Of a stretch of 34,970 bases of DNA, positions 8,504-16,760 are shown one piece after another (the first letter of the stretch is position 1; each line of letters begins with the position of its first letter). Below the pieces are notes generated by a model. That model was not told the DNA's origin. It saw only the letters and a list, made by a program, of their open reading frames with translations, and ran no database searches. The DNA comes from Candidatus Taylorbacteria bacterium RIFCSPHIGHO2_02_FULL_46_13. GTDB lineage: Bacteria > Patescibacteriota > Minisyncoccia > Phycocordibacterales > DSPV01. The stretch is taken from assembly GCA_001821015.1 (NCBI GenBank), contig MHRQ01000012.1:3459-38428 (forward strand), in the 5' to 3' direction. The translations under genes and the position numbers were made by a program.

Positions 8504-9010
8504 ATGAAATCAACAAATACAAAAAAGCCGTTCTCACTTGAAGAATTTATCGCAAAAATAGCAGTGGCCAGAAAAGAGGGTGGGGTTGATCTTTCCACTA
8601 CCGAGGACTTGAGTCTTGCGGTTATGAACCTGATCAGTCTTGAGGAACACTTTTTCTTCACGGCTATGAAAACGGGTAAGGACGAATATCATGACACCGC
8701 CACTGAGGTTCGGAGAATGCGTACGCAATTACTTGCCGAGCTTATGCCAGATCATGAGGGGGAGACATGGTGTGCATCAAAACATCTTCTCTCCGCTACC
8801 ATGCGATTAATTGAAGTTGGCAACAAATTGCAGTCGGAGGGAATGAAAGAAAAAGCGGGTGAGGTATTTAAGAAGGCCTACCATGTCTATTCCATTTTTT
8901 GGGCGCTTAAACTCAAATTAATAAGTGTCAAGAGCGTACCGAATGTATCCCCAGACAGTGTACGACTGGAAGATCTTGTGTCCAAGTTAGCAGATTGTTG
9001 TAAGGAATAA
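8504..9010 (+). CDS. Hypothetical soluble protein ending in a Cys-Cys motif
   Basis: 168-aa ORF, 1 nt after the previous stop. Predicted helical. C-terminus LADCCKE. No family recognised. Confidence 0.7.
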   Translation: MKSTNTKKPFSLEEFIAKIAVARKEGGVDLSTTEDLSLAVMNLISLEEHFFFTAMKTGKDEYHDTATEVRRMRTQLLAELMPDHEGETWCASKHLLSATMRLIEVGNKLQSEGMKEKAGEVFKKAYHVYSIFWALKLKLISVKSVPNVSPDSVRLEDLVSKLADCCKE

Positions 9011-9030
9011 TATGGCAACAAAATAAACAC

Positions 9031-10017
9031 ATGGAAAACGAAACACACGAAGAACTAAAAGAAATGGAGGGAAACAAACTGGCGGTTCCCATCAGTATCG
9101 TGATTGCCGGAATGATAATTGCTGCGGCGATGGTCTACAATAACGCGAATCGTATGCCGCAAACGCAAACGTTAAAAGATAGCGAAGCGCAAGAAAATGT
9201 CAGAGCGGCAGCAGCTTTGGAAGAGGCAGTGCTACCTTCGGACGGCAGTATCTTACCAGTGACGTGGGGCAATCTTGGCGCAAGACTTACGAGTGTTGGT
9301 GCGATTGACGCCGACAAATTCAAAGCGCTATACGATCAGAGAGGCGCATTCACCAATGAATACAAAAACCTACTCTTCGGGAACAATGACGGAAAACTGA
9401 AAATCACCAAAGAAAATGCCGGGTATCTCTTGAATCTATTTTGGGCGCTTGGCCTTGCAAGCAAAAATCCTATCTTGGAATCAGGAGAGATGACCAATCG
9501 GGCGTACGGCGGGCCGGAGAATTTTGCCTCAACCGGAGGTTGGACAGTCGCGGCCGGCAATCCGATGGATCACTACAGTCGGCACCTGTTTTTCTCGTTG
9601 ACAGAAGAACAACAAATAGTGGTGGACAAAGTATCACGAGGAATTTATCGGCCCTGTTGCGGCAACTCTACGCATTTCCCTGACTGCAATCATGGTATGG
9701 CAATGCTCGGCCTTCTTGAACTTATGGCTTCGCAGGGTGTTGGAGAGGAAGAAATGTATCAGACAGCATTAACCGTCAATTCGTATTGGTTTCCTGACAC
9801 CTATCTCACTATTGCACAATTCATGAAAGATAAAGGAGTTTTGTGGAAGGACGTACACCCGCAGGAAATGCTCGGCATAGACTATTCCAGTGCATCTGGC
9901 TACGCGTGGGTTTCCTCGCAAGTTCATGGGCAAGAGCAGCAGAGTGGAAGCGGGTGTGGGGTTGATACGGGGCAGTCTATTGCGGCACCTAAACAGCAAA
10001 GTGGATGTGGTGTATAA
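9031..10017 (+). CDS. N-terminally anchored Cys-rich protein, unknown function
   Basis: 328 aa with a TM anchor. Motif RPCCGNSTHFPDCNHGM. C-terminal repeat QQSGSGCGV ... QQSGCGV. Confidence 0.75.
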   Translation: MENETHEELKEMEGNKLAVPISIVIAGMIIAAAMVYNNANRMPQTQTLKDSEAQENVRAAAALEEAVLPSDGSILPVTWGNLGARLTSVGAIDADKFKALYDQRGAFTNEYKNLLFGNNDGKLKITKENAGYLLNLFWALGLASKNPILESGEMTNRAYGGPENFASTGGWTVAAGNPMDHYSRHLFFSLTEEQQIVVDKVSRGIYRPCCGNSTHFPDCNHGMAMLGLLELMASQGVGEEEMYQTALTVNSYWFPDTYLTIAQFMKDKGVLWKDVHPQEMLGIDYSSASGYAWVSSQVHGQEQQSGSGCGVDTGQSIAAPKQQSGCGV

Positions 10018-10021
10018 TGTA

Positions 10022-10164
10022 TGTCTATGATGGGATATGGATATGACAGTTGGGGCATGATGGGAGGGGTTGGAACATTTGGGGTTATCACTTGGTTGGC
10101 GGTAGTGGTGGACCTCGTTCTCCTCGGCATTTGGCTCTGGAAACAAATCAATAAAGGGCATTAA
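10022..10164 (+). other. Possible small Gly/Met-rich TM peptide split over two frames
   Basis: The ATG at 10022 reads MSMMGYGYDSWGMMGGVGT then stops at 10103-10105. The neighbouring frame reads GVITWLAVVVDLVLLGIWLWKQINKGH with its stop at 10162-10164. The junction is at a G4 run near 10081-10084. Confidence 0.3.
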
Positions 10165-10239
10165 ACCCTTTGTTGCCATCGCTCGCTCGGGAGAGAAAAA
10201 GAAGATACTTTTTCTCTCCGCTTACTCGCTTGGCAATAA
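10152..10239 (-). repeat. Intergenic hairpin repeat, copy 3 (inverted orientation)
   Basis: The reverse complement matches copies 1 and 2 along the full ~88 nt with a few substitutions. Confidence 0.9.
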
Positions 10240-10343
10240 ATAAGGAGGTTCCGCTTAATCCACCTAGTTCTTTATAACTGTGGATTGAGTTTCAACCTAC
10301 CTCTTGCTAAGATGTATAATATCTAGACGACGGCACTTTTGCT

Positions 10344-10853
10344 ATGAGCCCTGAATTAAGTCATTCCTTGGAAAAAAAATGGTTTAGTAGCCTTCCGGCT
10401 TCACGAATGGCGTATCCAGATACGCTGGCTAATCGCTTGAAGTATGCTTTTTGGCGTTTCTACACCCCCTGTCATCCTTATGTCCGAGATGCAGTGATTA
10501 GCTTAGGTATTGTCCGCCATGTAGGCAGACAGAACTTTATTCTTGGTACGGTAGCCCCGCATTTAACGCTCAAAGAATTCACTTCGTTTTTAATTTCACA
10601 AGGGTACGGAAACCATTTCGTTGCGTGGGAAGATGAAGGCGAGATTGTCAGTTTGCGCTACGTAAAGGATTTTACACATCAATACCATCTGCGTGTTTTT
10701 AAAGATAGGGAAGTACGTGCTCATTATGAATATACTCCGGAATGTTACCCAATTTTACATTTGAAGGAAAAACATTTTGAACCCAGAAGTGAAGAATTTC
10801 TTATGCTCCTCGGTGATACGATTGTCCCTCACCAGGGCATAAAAAACCAATAA
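10344..10853 (+). CDS. Hypothetical protein
   Basis: 169-aa ORF preceded by a TATAAT-like box near 10315. No family recognised. Confidence 0.7.
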   Translation: MSPELSHSLEKKWFSSLPASRMAYPDTLANRLKYAFWRFYTPCHPYVRDAVISLGIVRHVGRQNFILGTVAPHLTLKEFTSFLISQGYGNHFVAWEDEGEIVSLRYVKDFTHQYHLRVFKDREVRAHYEYTPECYPILHLKEKHFEPRSEEFLMLLGDTIVPHQGIKNQ

Positions 10854-10861
10854 GTTTTTCC

Positions 10862-11125
10862 GTGGCGCATGTTGTGTATATCCTCCAGTGTGCAGATAAG
10901 ACGCTGTACGTTGGGTGTACCAGTAATTTAGAACGTAGGATTTTTCAGCACAACCATGCAAAGGCTGGCGCGCACTACACAAAAATCCGCCGGCCTGTGG
11001 TACTTAAACACTCGGAGACTTTTCGCACGTTCAAAAAAGCACGTGCGCGGGAAGCCGAGATAAAACGATGGAGCAGAAAGAAGAAATTAAAACTAATTGA
11101 TCAGCATGCTTACCGTAAGAGCTAG
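10862..11125 (+). CDS. GIY-YIG nuclease superfamily protein (UPF0213-like)
   Basis: VYILQC.DKTLYVGCTSNLERR...H and REAEIKRWSRKKK. GTG start. Confidence 0.85.
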   Translation: MAHVVYILQCADKTLYVGCTSNLERRIFQHNHAKAGAHYTKIRRPVVLKHSETFRTFKKARAREAEIKRWSRKKKLKLIDQHAYRKS

Positions 11126-11214
11126 TGCAAGCTATACTGAATCAAAATCAACCCAGGCCCGTTATCCTGTACTAAAGACCGTCGGATAGTGTGTGCTACA
11201 ATCCTTGATATTCT

Positions 11215-11784
11215 ATGAAAGGAAGATTTGTTGTTGTCACGGGACCCTCGGCTTCAGGTAAGTCTAGTTTGGTTGATGCGTTGCTCGCATGCACCCCGAA
11301 TGCTTCTCGCCTGATAACTATTACGACGCGTTCTCCTCGACCGGGTGAGCGCGATGGTGATCATTACCATTTTGTTGCGAGGGAAGAGTTTACGGCACGA
11401 TTGTCAAAGGATGAATTCTTTGAGCACGCCGAAGTCTACGGCAATCTCTATGGCTCATCCAAGAATGTTCTTGCCCAACTACTTGAGCGTTTCGCCTATG
11501 TGTTCGCGGTTTTAGACGTGCAGGGCGCAAAGACTCTTAAAGATAAAATGCCGCATACCTTTATTATTTTTCTGCACCCGGGCTCTATAGAAAATATCAC
11601 CCACCGTCTTATGAAAGAGCGTGTCGGGGCCCCTGCCGAAGAAATTCAAAAACGTATTGTCACGGCGACCAAAGAGCTGGCGCTTGCCGATTCTTTTGAT
11701 GTGGTTGTGGAAAATAAAGAGGGGGATTTCGTCAATACGCTCACGAACGTTAAAGCACTCATTGGTGCTCAATTGACGTTATAG
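11215..11784 (+). CDS. gmk: Guanylate kinase
   Basis: P-loop GPSASGKSS, TTRSPRPGERDGDHYHFV, EHAEVYGNLYGSS. Confidence 0.9.
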   Translation: MKGRFVVVTGPSASGKSSLVDALLACTPNASRLITITTRSPRPGERDGDHYHFVAREEFTARLSKDEFFEHAEVYGNLYGSSKNVLAQLLERFAYVFAVLDVQGAKTLKDKMPHTFIIFLHPGSIENITHRLMKERVGAPAEEIQKRIVTATKELALADSFDVVVENKEGDFVNTLTNVKALIGAQLTL

Positions 11785-11838
11785 CTCCAATATAGTATGA
11801 TGTACTTACATTTGGCCCCGGAGGCCTGTTTTTATTTT

Positions 11839-11880
11839 ATGCAAATACGTAATATAGCTATCATCGCTCATGTTGACCAC
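11839..11880 (+). repeat. Duplicate of the first 14 codons of typA
   Basis: ATGCAAATACGTAATATAGCTATCATCGCTCATGTTGACCAC matches 11952-11993 at 41 of 42 positions (C versus G at position 4). Confidence 0.9.
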
Positions 11881-11951
11881 CCCAAAGCAATCTGCCCACG
11901 GCGTTTGCTACGGGGCGCGAAGTGGTACTACACCTTTTGCTTTTTAATACA

Positions 11952-13736
11952 ATGGAAATACGTAATATAGCTATCATCGCTCATGTTGACCACGGTAAGA
12001 CAACGCTTACTGATGCACTGTTGCGTCAGACGGGCGTTGGTGAAGAGGGAATCTCTATGGATTCAAACGCACTTGAACTTGAGCGCGGTATTACCATTTA
12101 TTCCAAAAATGCCGCAATTTTTTATAAAGATACGAAAATAAATATTGTGGATACGCCAGGCCACGCTGATTTTGGCTCTGAAGTGGAGCGTGTGCTTCGT
12201 TCCATTGACTCGGTGCTTTTGGTGGTTGACGCACAGGAGGGGCCAATGCCGCAGACGCGTTTTGTATTGAAAAAATCTCTTGAGCTTGGTATTAAACCTA
12301 TCGTCATTATAAACAAAATAGATAAAACGGCAGCAGATCCGGCGCGCTCGGAGGAGCAGGTACTTGAATTGTTTATGGAACTTGGTGCCAGCGACGAGCA
12401 GGCGAATTTTCCCGTCGTGTATGCCATTGGCCGTTCCGGCATCGCAAAACGAAAACTGACCGATGAATCCAGCGACTTGACTCCGCTTCTTGATACCATC
12501 CTGGAACATGTGCCGCCCGCTTCTTCCGTTATCGATACGGCACTTCGCTTGCAACCCTTCAATCTTGGCTACGATAATTTTCTTGGCAGGCTCGCGGTGG
12601 CACGCGTATATGAGGGAGTTGTTAAGGCAAATCAGAACGTGTTTGTGAAAAAACCAAGCGGCGAGACGCGCGTGGGGCGAATTACTAAGCTCTTTACGTT
12701 CAGAGGCCTGCATAAAATTGATGCAGAAAGCGCGAACGCGGGAGATATTGTCATGATCGCAGGACTTCCAGACATTGATATCGGGGAGACGGTCACGACA
12801 GACGAACAGGGATCATCGCTTCCGGCTATTGCTATTGACGAGCCTACCATCGCTCTGAATTTTCTGGTTAACAATTCTCCGTTTGCGGGCCGAGAAGGGA
12901 AGTACGTCACTTCGCGGCAGTTGCGTGACCGTCTTACGCGTGAGCTTGAGGTAAATGTGGGATTGCGCGTTGATTTTTCTTCCACTGAAAGTTCGCGTGT
13001 TTTTGGCCGCGGCGAGCTTCACATTGCAATTTTACTTGAAAATATGAGACGGGAAGGGTATGAGCTTCAGGTATCACAACCGCAAGTCATTGTTCGCGAG
13101 GAAAATGGGGTTAAAACCGAACCGTTTGAAGAAGTTATAGTTGATACTCCCGTAGAATATCAAGGGGCTATCATTGAGCGGTTGGGCACACGAGGATTTG
13201 TGATGCATAACATGCATGTCCATGATGTGACTGTGCGCCTCACCTTTGAAGGTCCTACGCGTGGACTTTTAGGTTACCGCAACCAATTTGTTATTGATAC
13301 GAAAGGCGAGGGGATTCTTGCGTCGCGCGTTGTGGGTTTTAGACCGCATGCTGGAGAAATCAAGAAGCGCCCGACCGGTTCAATGGTTTCCATGACGACG
13401 GGAAAAGCGCTCGGATTTGCCTTATGGAATTTACAGGATCGCGGCGTTCTCTACATCGGGCCAAGTACCAAAGTATATGAGGGCCAAGTAATCGGTAATA
13501 CTTCAAAGGGTGAAGAGATGCTGGTAAACCCGACAAAGGGGAAACAGCTTAGCAACATGCGCGCATCGGGTTCGGATGAAGCGATAGATCTGGTGCCACC
13601 GTTTACGCTTACCATTGAACGTGGACTTGAAATCATGGCAGGCGACGAATATCTTGAAATTACTCCCGAGAGCGTGCGTCTGCGCAAACAAGGGCTCACG
13701 GAAATTGAGCGTGCCCGCGCTCGAAGGCAAGGGTAA
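11952..13736 (+). CDS. typA: Translational GTPase TypA/BipA
   Basis: MEIRNIAIIAHVDHGKTTL, DTPGHADF, NKID, plus the EF-G-like domains and the BipA C-terminal domain. Start set at the ATG at 11952. Confidence 0.95.
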   Translation: MEIRNIAIIAHVDHGKTTLTDALLRQTGVGEEGISMDSNALELERGITIYSKNAAIFYKDTKINIVDTPGHADFGSEVERVLRSIDSVLLVVDAQEGPMPQTRFVLKKSLELGIKPIVIINKIDKTAADPARSEEQVLELFMELGASDEQANFPVVYAIGRSGIAKRKLTDESSDLTPLLDTILEHVPPASSVIDTALRLQPFNLGYDNFLGRLAVARVYEGVVKANQNVFVKKPSGETRVGRITKLFTFRGLHKIDAESANAGDIVMIAGLPDIDIGETVTTDEQGSSLPAIAIDEPTIALNFLVNNSPFAGREGKYVTSRQLRDRLTRELEVNVGLRVDFSSTESSRVFGRGELHIAILLENMRREGYELQVSQPQVIVREENGVKTEPFEEVIVDTPVEYQGAIIERLGTRGFVMHNMHVHDVTVRLTFEGPTRGLLGYRNQFVIDTKGEGILASRVVGFRPHAGEIKKRPTGSMVSMTTGKALGFALWNLQDRGVLYIGPSTKVYEGQVIGNTSKGEEMLVNPTKGKQLSNMRASGSDEAIDLVPPFTLTIERGLEIMAGDEYLEITPESVRLRKQGLTEIERARARRQG

Positions 13737-13764
13737 GTGTATTTCCAGCACCGCATATTTTTTC

Positions 13765-13792
13765 TTGCACGTTTTTTTCAATAGTGTAGACT
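13765..13792 (+). promoter_or_regulatory. Candidate promoter for the riboswitch-controlled gene
   Basis: TTGCAC (13765-13770), 16-nt spacer, TAGACT (13787-13792), about 15 nt upstream of the aptamer. Confidence 0.45.
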
Positions 13793-13805
13793 GTAACAAG
13801 CAAAA

Positions 13806-13908
13806 TAAGTTATCAAGAGTGCAGGGAGGGAACTAGCCCAATGAACTGCCAGCAACCCTACGATAGTGTAGAAGGTGCTACCTCTAGCCCACCGTGGGGA
13901 GATACGAA
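13806..13908 (+). promoter_or_regulatory. SAM-I (S-box) riboswitch aptamer
   Basis: GTTATCAAGAG..GGGAGGGA.CTAGCCCAATGAA.TGCCAGCAACC...AAGGTGCTAC...GAGATAC follows the S-box consensus blocks in the correct order. Confidence 0.85.
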
Positions 13909-13917
13909 CTCTATTTC

Positions 13918-13952
13918 AAAACTCTTTCCATGATGGAAAGAGTTTTGTTTTT
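13918..13952 (+). terminator. Riboswitch expression-platform terminator
   Basis: 13-bp stem AAAACTCTTTCCA / TGGAAAGAGTTTT with a 3-nt loop, followed by GTTTTT, 20 nt before the ATG. Confidence 0.8.
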
Positions 13953-13972
13953 ATAGGATTAATCAACATACC

Positions 13973-15151
13973 ATGAGTAATCACGATAAAGATTTTTCGT
14001 TTGAGACGCTTTCGGTGCATGCGGGCGAAAAGCCCGACCCCATTACGGGAGCGGTAGCGCCCGCGCTTATTCGCACAAAGACCTTTAAACAGCCACAATT
14101 CGGCAAGGAAGGAGTGTGGCAGTATTCACGGGGTAAGAATCCAACGCGCTCAATCCTGGAAGAGAAACTCGCCGCGCTTGAGGGAGGGGGAGACGCTACC
14201 GTCTTTAGCTCGGGGGTCGCGGCGGAAGCGATGTTTTTCCTGACACTTAATCCCGGCGACCATGTGCTTTTTTGTCACGAAGTGTACGGAGGGACGTTCA
14301 GACTGATGGAGCAGTTGTTCAAACGATGGGGCATCGCGTTTGATTTCATAGAATTCAAAAGTTTTGAACACGTTAGCAAATATATTCGGCCTACCACCAA
14401 GTACTTCTTTGTAGAGACTCCCACCAATCCCTCTCTGCACATTGTTGATTTAGCCTTAGTGAAGAAAATATCAGAGAAAACACGCATATCTTTTGTGGTG
14501 GATGGCACGTTTGCGCCGCCTTGTTCTACGCAGGCATTTACGTATGGGGCCGAGACCGTCATTCACAGTTTGAGTAAATATATCGCGGGGCATAATGATG
14601 TCATTGCGGGGGCGGTGATCACTAAAAACAAAGAACTCCATGAAAAACTGAAGTTTATGCAAAAAACCGTCGGGGCTATTTTGTCTCCCGATGAATGTTA
14701 TCGGGTCATACAAGAAGCAAAGACGCTTACTCTGCGCTGGAAACGCGTGAGCAAAAGTGCGCAGAAGATCGCGCTGTTTTTGTCGCGCCATGCAAAAATA
14801 AAAAGAGTACTCTATCCGGGCCTATCGTCTCATCCCGAGCATCGCGTGGCAAAGCGACAAATGAAGAACGGGTTTGGCGCGGTTATCTCATTTGAGACGA
14901 AAACGAGTAGTCTGGCGAAATTGAAATCATGTGTTGAAAAGGTCACCGAAAACGGGTTGATTGTGTATGGCGAGAGCTTGGCCAGTCCCGAAACAATTCT
15001 TGCGTATCCGCCGCTTATGAGTCACAAAAGTCTGTCTAAAAAAGACCGCCTTTCGCTTGGCATATCCGACAGTTTCTTTAGATTTTCCGTTGGGTTTGAA
15101 GACCCAGACGATCTCATTCGTGAATTAGAAAGGGGGTTGAGACGCTTGTAA
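13973..15151 (+). CDS. Cys/Met-metabolism PLP-dependent enzyme (cystathionine gamma-synthase / beta-lyase / gamma-lyase family)
   Basis: 392 aa. PLP-lysine motif HSLSKYIAGHNDVIAG. Family-typical N-terminus TLSVHAG and ETPTNP. Confidence 0.9.
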   Translation: MSNHDKDFSFETLSVHAGEKPDPITGAVAPALIRTKTFKQPQFGKEGVWQYSRGKNPTRSILEEKLAALEGGGDATVFSSGVAAEAMFFLTLNPGDHVLFCHEVYGGTFRLMEQLFKRWGIAFDFIEFKSFEHVSKYIRPTTKYFFVETPTNPSLHIVDLALVKKISEKTRISFVVDGTFAPPCSTQAFTYGAETVIHSLSKYIAGHNDVIAGAVITKNKELHEKLKFMQKTVGAILSPDECYRVIQEAKTLTLRWKRVSKSAQKIALFLSRHAKIKRVLYPGLSSHPEHRVAKRQMKNGFGAVISFETKTSSLAKLKSCVEKVTENGLIVYGESLASPETILAYPPLMSHKSLSKKDRLSLGISDSFFRFSVGFEDPDDLIRELERGLRRL

Positions 15152-15171
15152 ACGGCACAAAATGCACAAAA

Positions 15172-15200
15172 TTGACAAAGGTACGCTTTTCATATATACT
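15172..15200 (+). promoter_or_regulatory. Candidate sigma70-type promoter of the helicase gene
   Basis: TTGACA (15172-15177), 17-nt spacer, TATACT (15195-15200). This implies a ~140-nt leader. Confidence 0.5.
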
Positions 15201-15346
15201 GCCTCAGTAACTTAATCTCATTAGTTTTTTAGGGGCGAATGCTCTAAAACGTAGAAGCCAAAGGGTATAACGGGGCTTTATCTAAACTTTCGAGACTACC
15301 TAGTCGCTCTTTATTTTAAAGACTAGAGGTTATAGATAGCCAACAT

Positions 15347-16576
15347 ATGTATACAAGAAGCTTCAATAATAGGGGGCCTAAACGGTCCTTCCATAAATCT
15401 TCCTTATTTCACTCGAGGGGTTCTTCGTCATTTGGTAACCGAAATCGGCGTGGAGGGGGCGGCCCAGCAGGGGAACGTATTGACCCGTCCAAATTTGTTC
15501 ATAAGGCAGTCATTACCGAGGAGGTGGAACATTTTGTTCCCGAGCATGCATTTGCTGATTTTAAAATTGATGAACAATTAAAAGCGGCAGTATTCGCTAA
15601 GGGTTACCAAACACCGACCCCGATTCAAGATCGGGTTATTCCGCATATTCTTAAAAATCTTGATGTGGTGGGTGTTGCGAACACCGGCACGGGCAAAACC
15701 GGTGCGTTTCTTATTCCGCTGATTCACAAAGTATTACTCAATAGAAAAGAGCAAGTGTTGATTATTGTTCCGACTCGCGAGCTTGCTATTCAAATTGAAC
15801 AAGAACTCAAAGGTTTCTCCAAAGGCATGAAAATTTTTTCCGTCTGTTGCGTCGGGGGTGCCTCCATCGTCCCGCAGATACGAGCTTTACGTTCGCAGAA
15901 TAATTTCATTATCGGTACTCCCGGACGGCTCAAAGATCTTATCACTCGAAAGATGATACGGCTCTCTGAATTTAAGACACTGGTGCTAGACGAGGCGGAC
16001 CGGATGCTTGATATGGGTTTTGTCGGCGATATGCGTTATGTCGTGTCGCTGATGCCCCGCGATAGGCATACGCTTTTCTTTTCCGCGACTATTTCACACG
16101 AAATTGAGAAACTCATCAAAGAATTTTTACGCGAGCCGATCAGAATTTCAGTCAAAACAGGTGATACCGCAAAAAATGTTGACCAAGATGTTGTTAAGGT
16201 TAGTCATGGTGCCAACAAGATTGAGATTTTACACGACCTTTTAAATCAAAAAGAGTTCAGCAAGGTGCTTATCTTCGGGCGGACAAAACACGGCGTGGAG
16301 AAGCTCTCCAAAATGCTTGCCGCGAAAGGTTTCAAAGCCGAATCTATCCACGGGAATAAGAATCATTCTAAACGCCAGCGCGCGCTTGGCCTTTTCAAAG
16401 ATAGCCATATCCAAATTTTAGTGGCGACGGATGTCGCCGCGCGCGGACTTGATATTCCTAACGTTTCTCATGTCATCAACTATGATATTCCTGCTACCTA
16501 CAACGACTATGTGCACCGCATCGGCCGCACGGGCCGTGGTGATAAACGGGGTAAGGCGCTGACTTTCATTGAATAA
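15347..16576 (+). CDS. DEAD-box ATP-dependent RNA helicase with an Arg/Gly/Ser-rich N-terminal extension
   Basis: Q motif (F..F...YQTPTPIQ), TGTGKT, PTRELA, DEAD, SAT, HRIGRTGRG. Confidence 0.95.
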   Translation: MYTRSFNNRGPKRSFHKSSLFHSRGSSSFGNRNRRGGGGPAGERIDPSKFVHKAVITEEVEHFVPEHAFADFKIDEQLKAAVFAKGYQTPTPIQDRVIPHILKNLDVVGVANTGTGKTGAFLIPLIHKVLLNRKEQVLIIVPTRELAIQIEQELKGFSKGMKIFSVCCVGGASIVPQIRALRSQNNFIIGTPGRLKDLITRKMIRLSEFKTLVLDEADRMLDMGFVGDMRYVVSLMPRDRHTLFFSATISHEIEKLIKEFLREPIRISVKTGDTAKNVDQDVVKVSHGANKIEILHDLLNQKEFSKVLIFGRTKHGVEKLSKMLAAKGFKAESIHGNKNHSKRQRALGLFKDSHIQILVATDVAARGLDIPNVSHVINYDIPATYNDYVHRIGRTGRGDKRGKALTFIE

Positions 16577-16577
16577 T

Positions 16578-16760
16578 ATGAAACGAAACAACAACATGAA
16601 CCGTGTCTCGCGAAAGACTTTCCAGAAAGAGGGAAAGTGGATCGTGAATCCTCACCGTACGCAGGTGGTGATATGCGTCTGTGGCAGTAAATATATAAAA
16701 ACACGCGAGAATCAGATTAGTTGTATTAAGTGTTTGGTAAAATTGAGAGAGGCAAAATAA
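16578..16760 (+). CDS. Small basic protein with a CxC...CxxC zinc-ribbon-like motif
   Basis: 60 aa from the ATG at 16578, just after the helicase stop. Motif VICVCGSKY...SCIKC. Confidence 0.5.
   Translation: MKRNNNMNRVSRKTFQKEGKWIVNPHRTQVVICVCGSKYIKTRENQISCIKCLVKLREAK

Noticed and set aside
11813-11838. Possible gmk terminator (GGCC-CCGGA-GGCC followed by a T-rich tract)
   Set aside because: The stem is only 4 bp, and the same bases provide the GGAGG SD of the duplicated typA start. This is too weak to call.
13916-14098. 60-aa minus-strand ORF overlapping the riboswitch terminator and the start of the PLP enzyme gene
   Set aside because: It is antisense to a well-supported gene and a structured leader, and has no start context.
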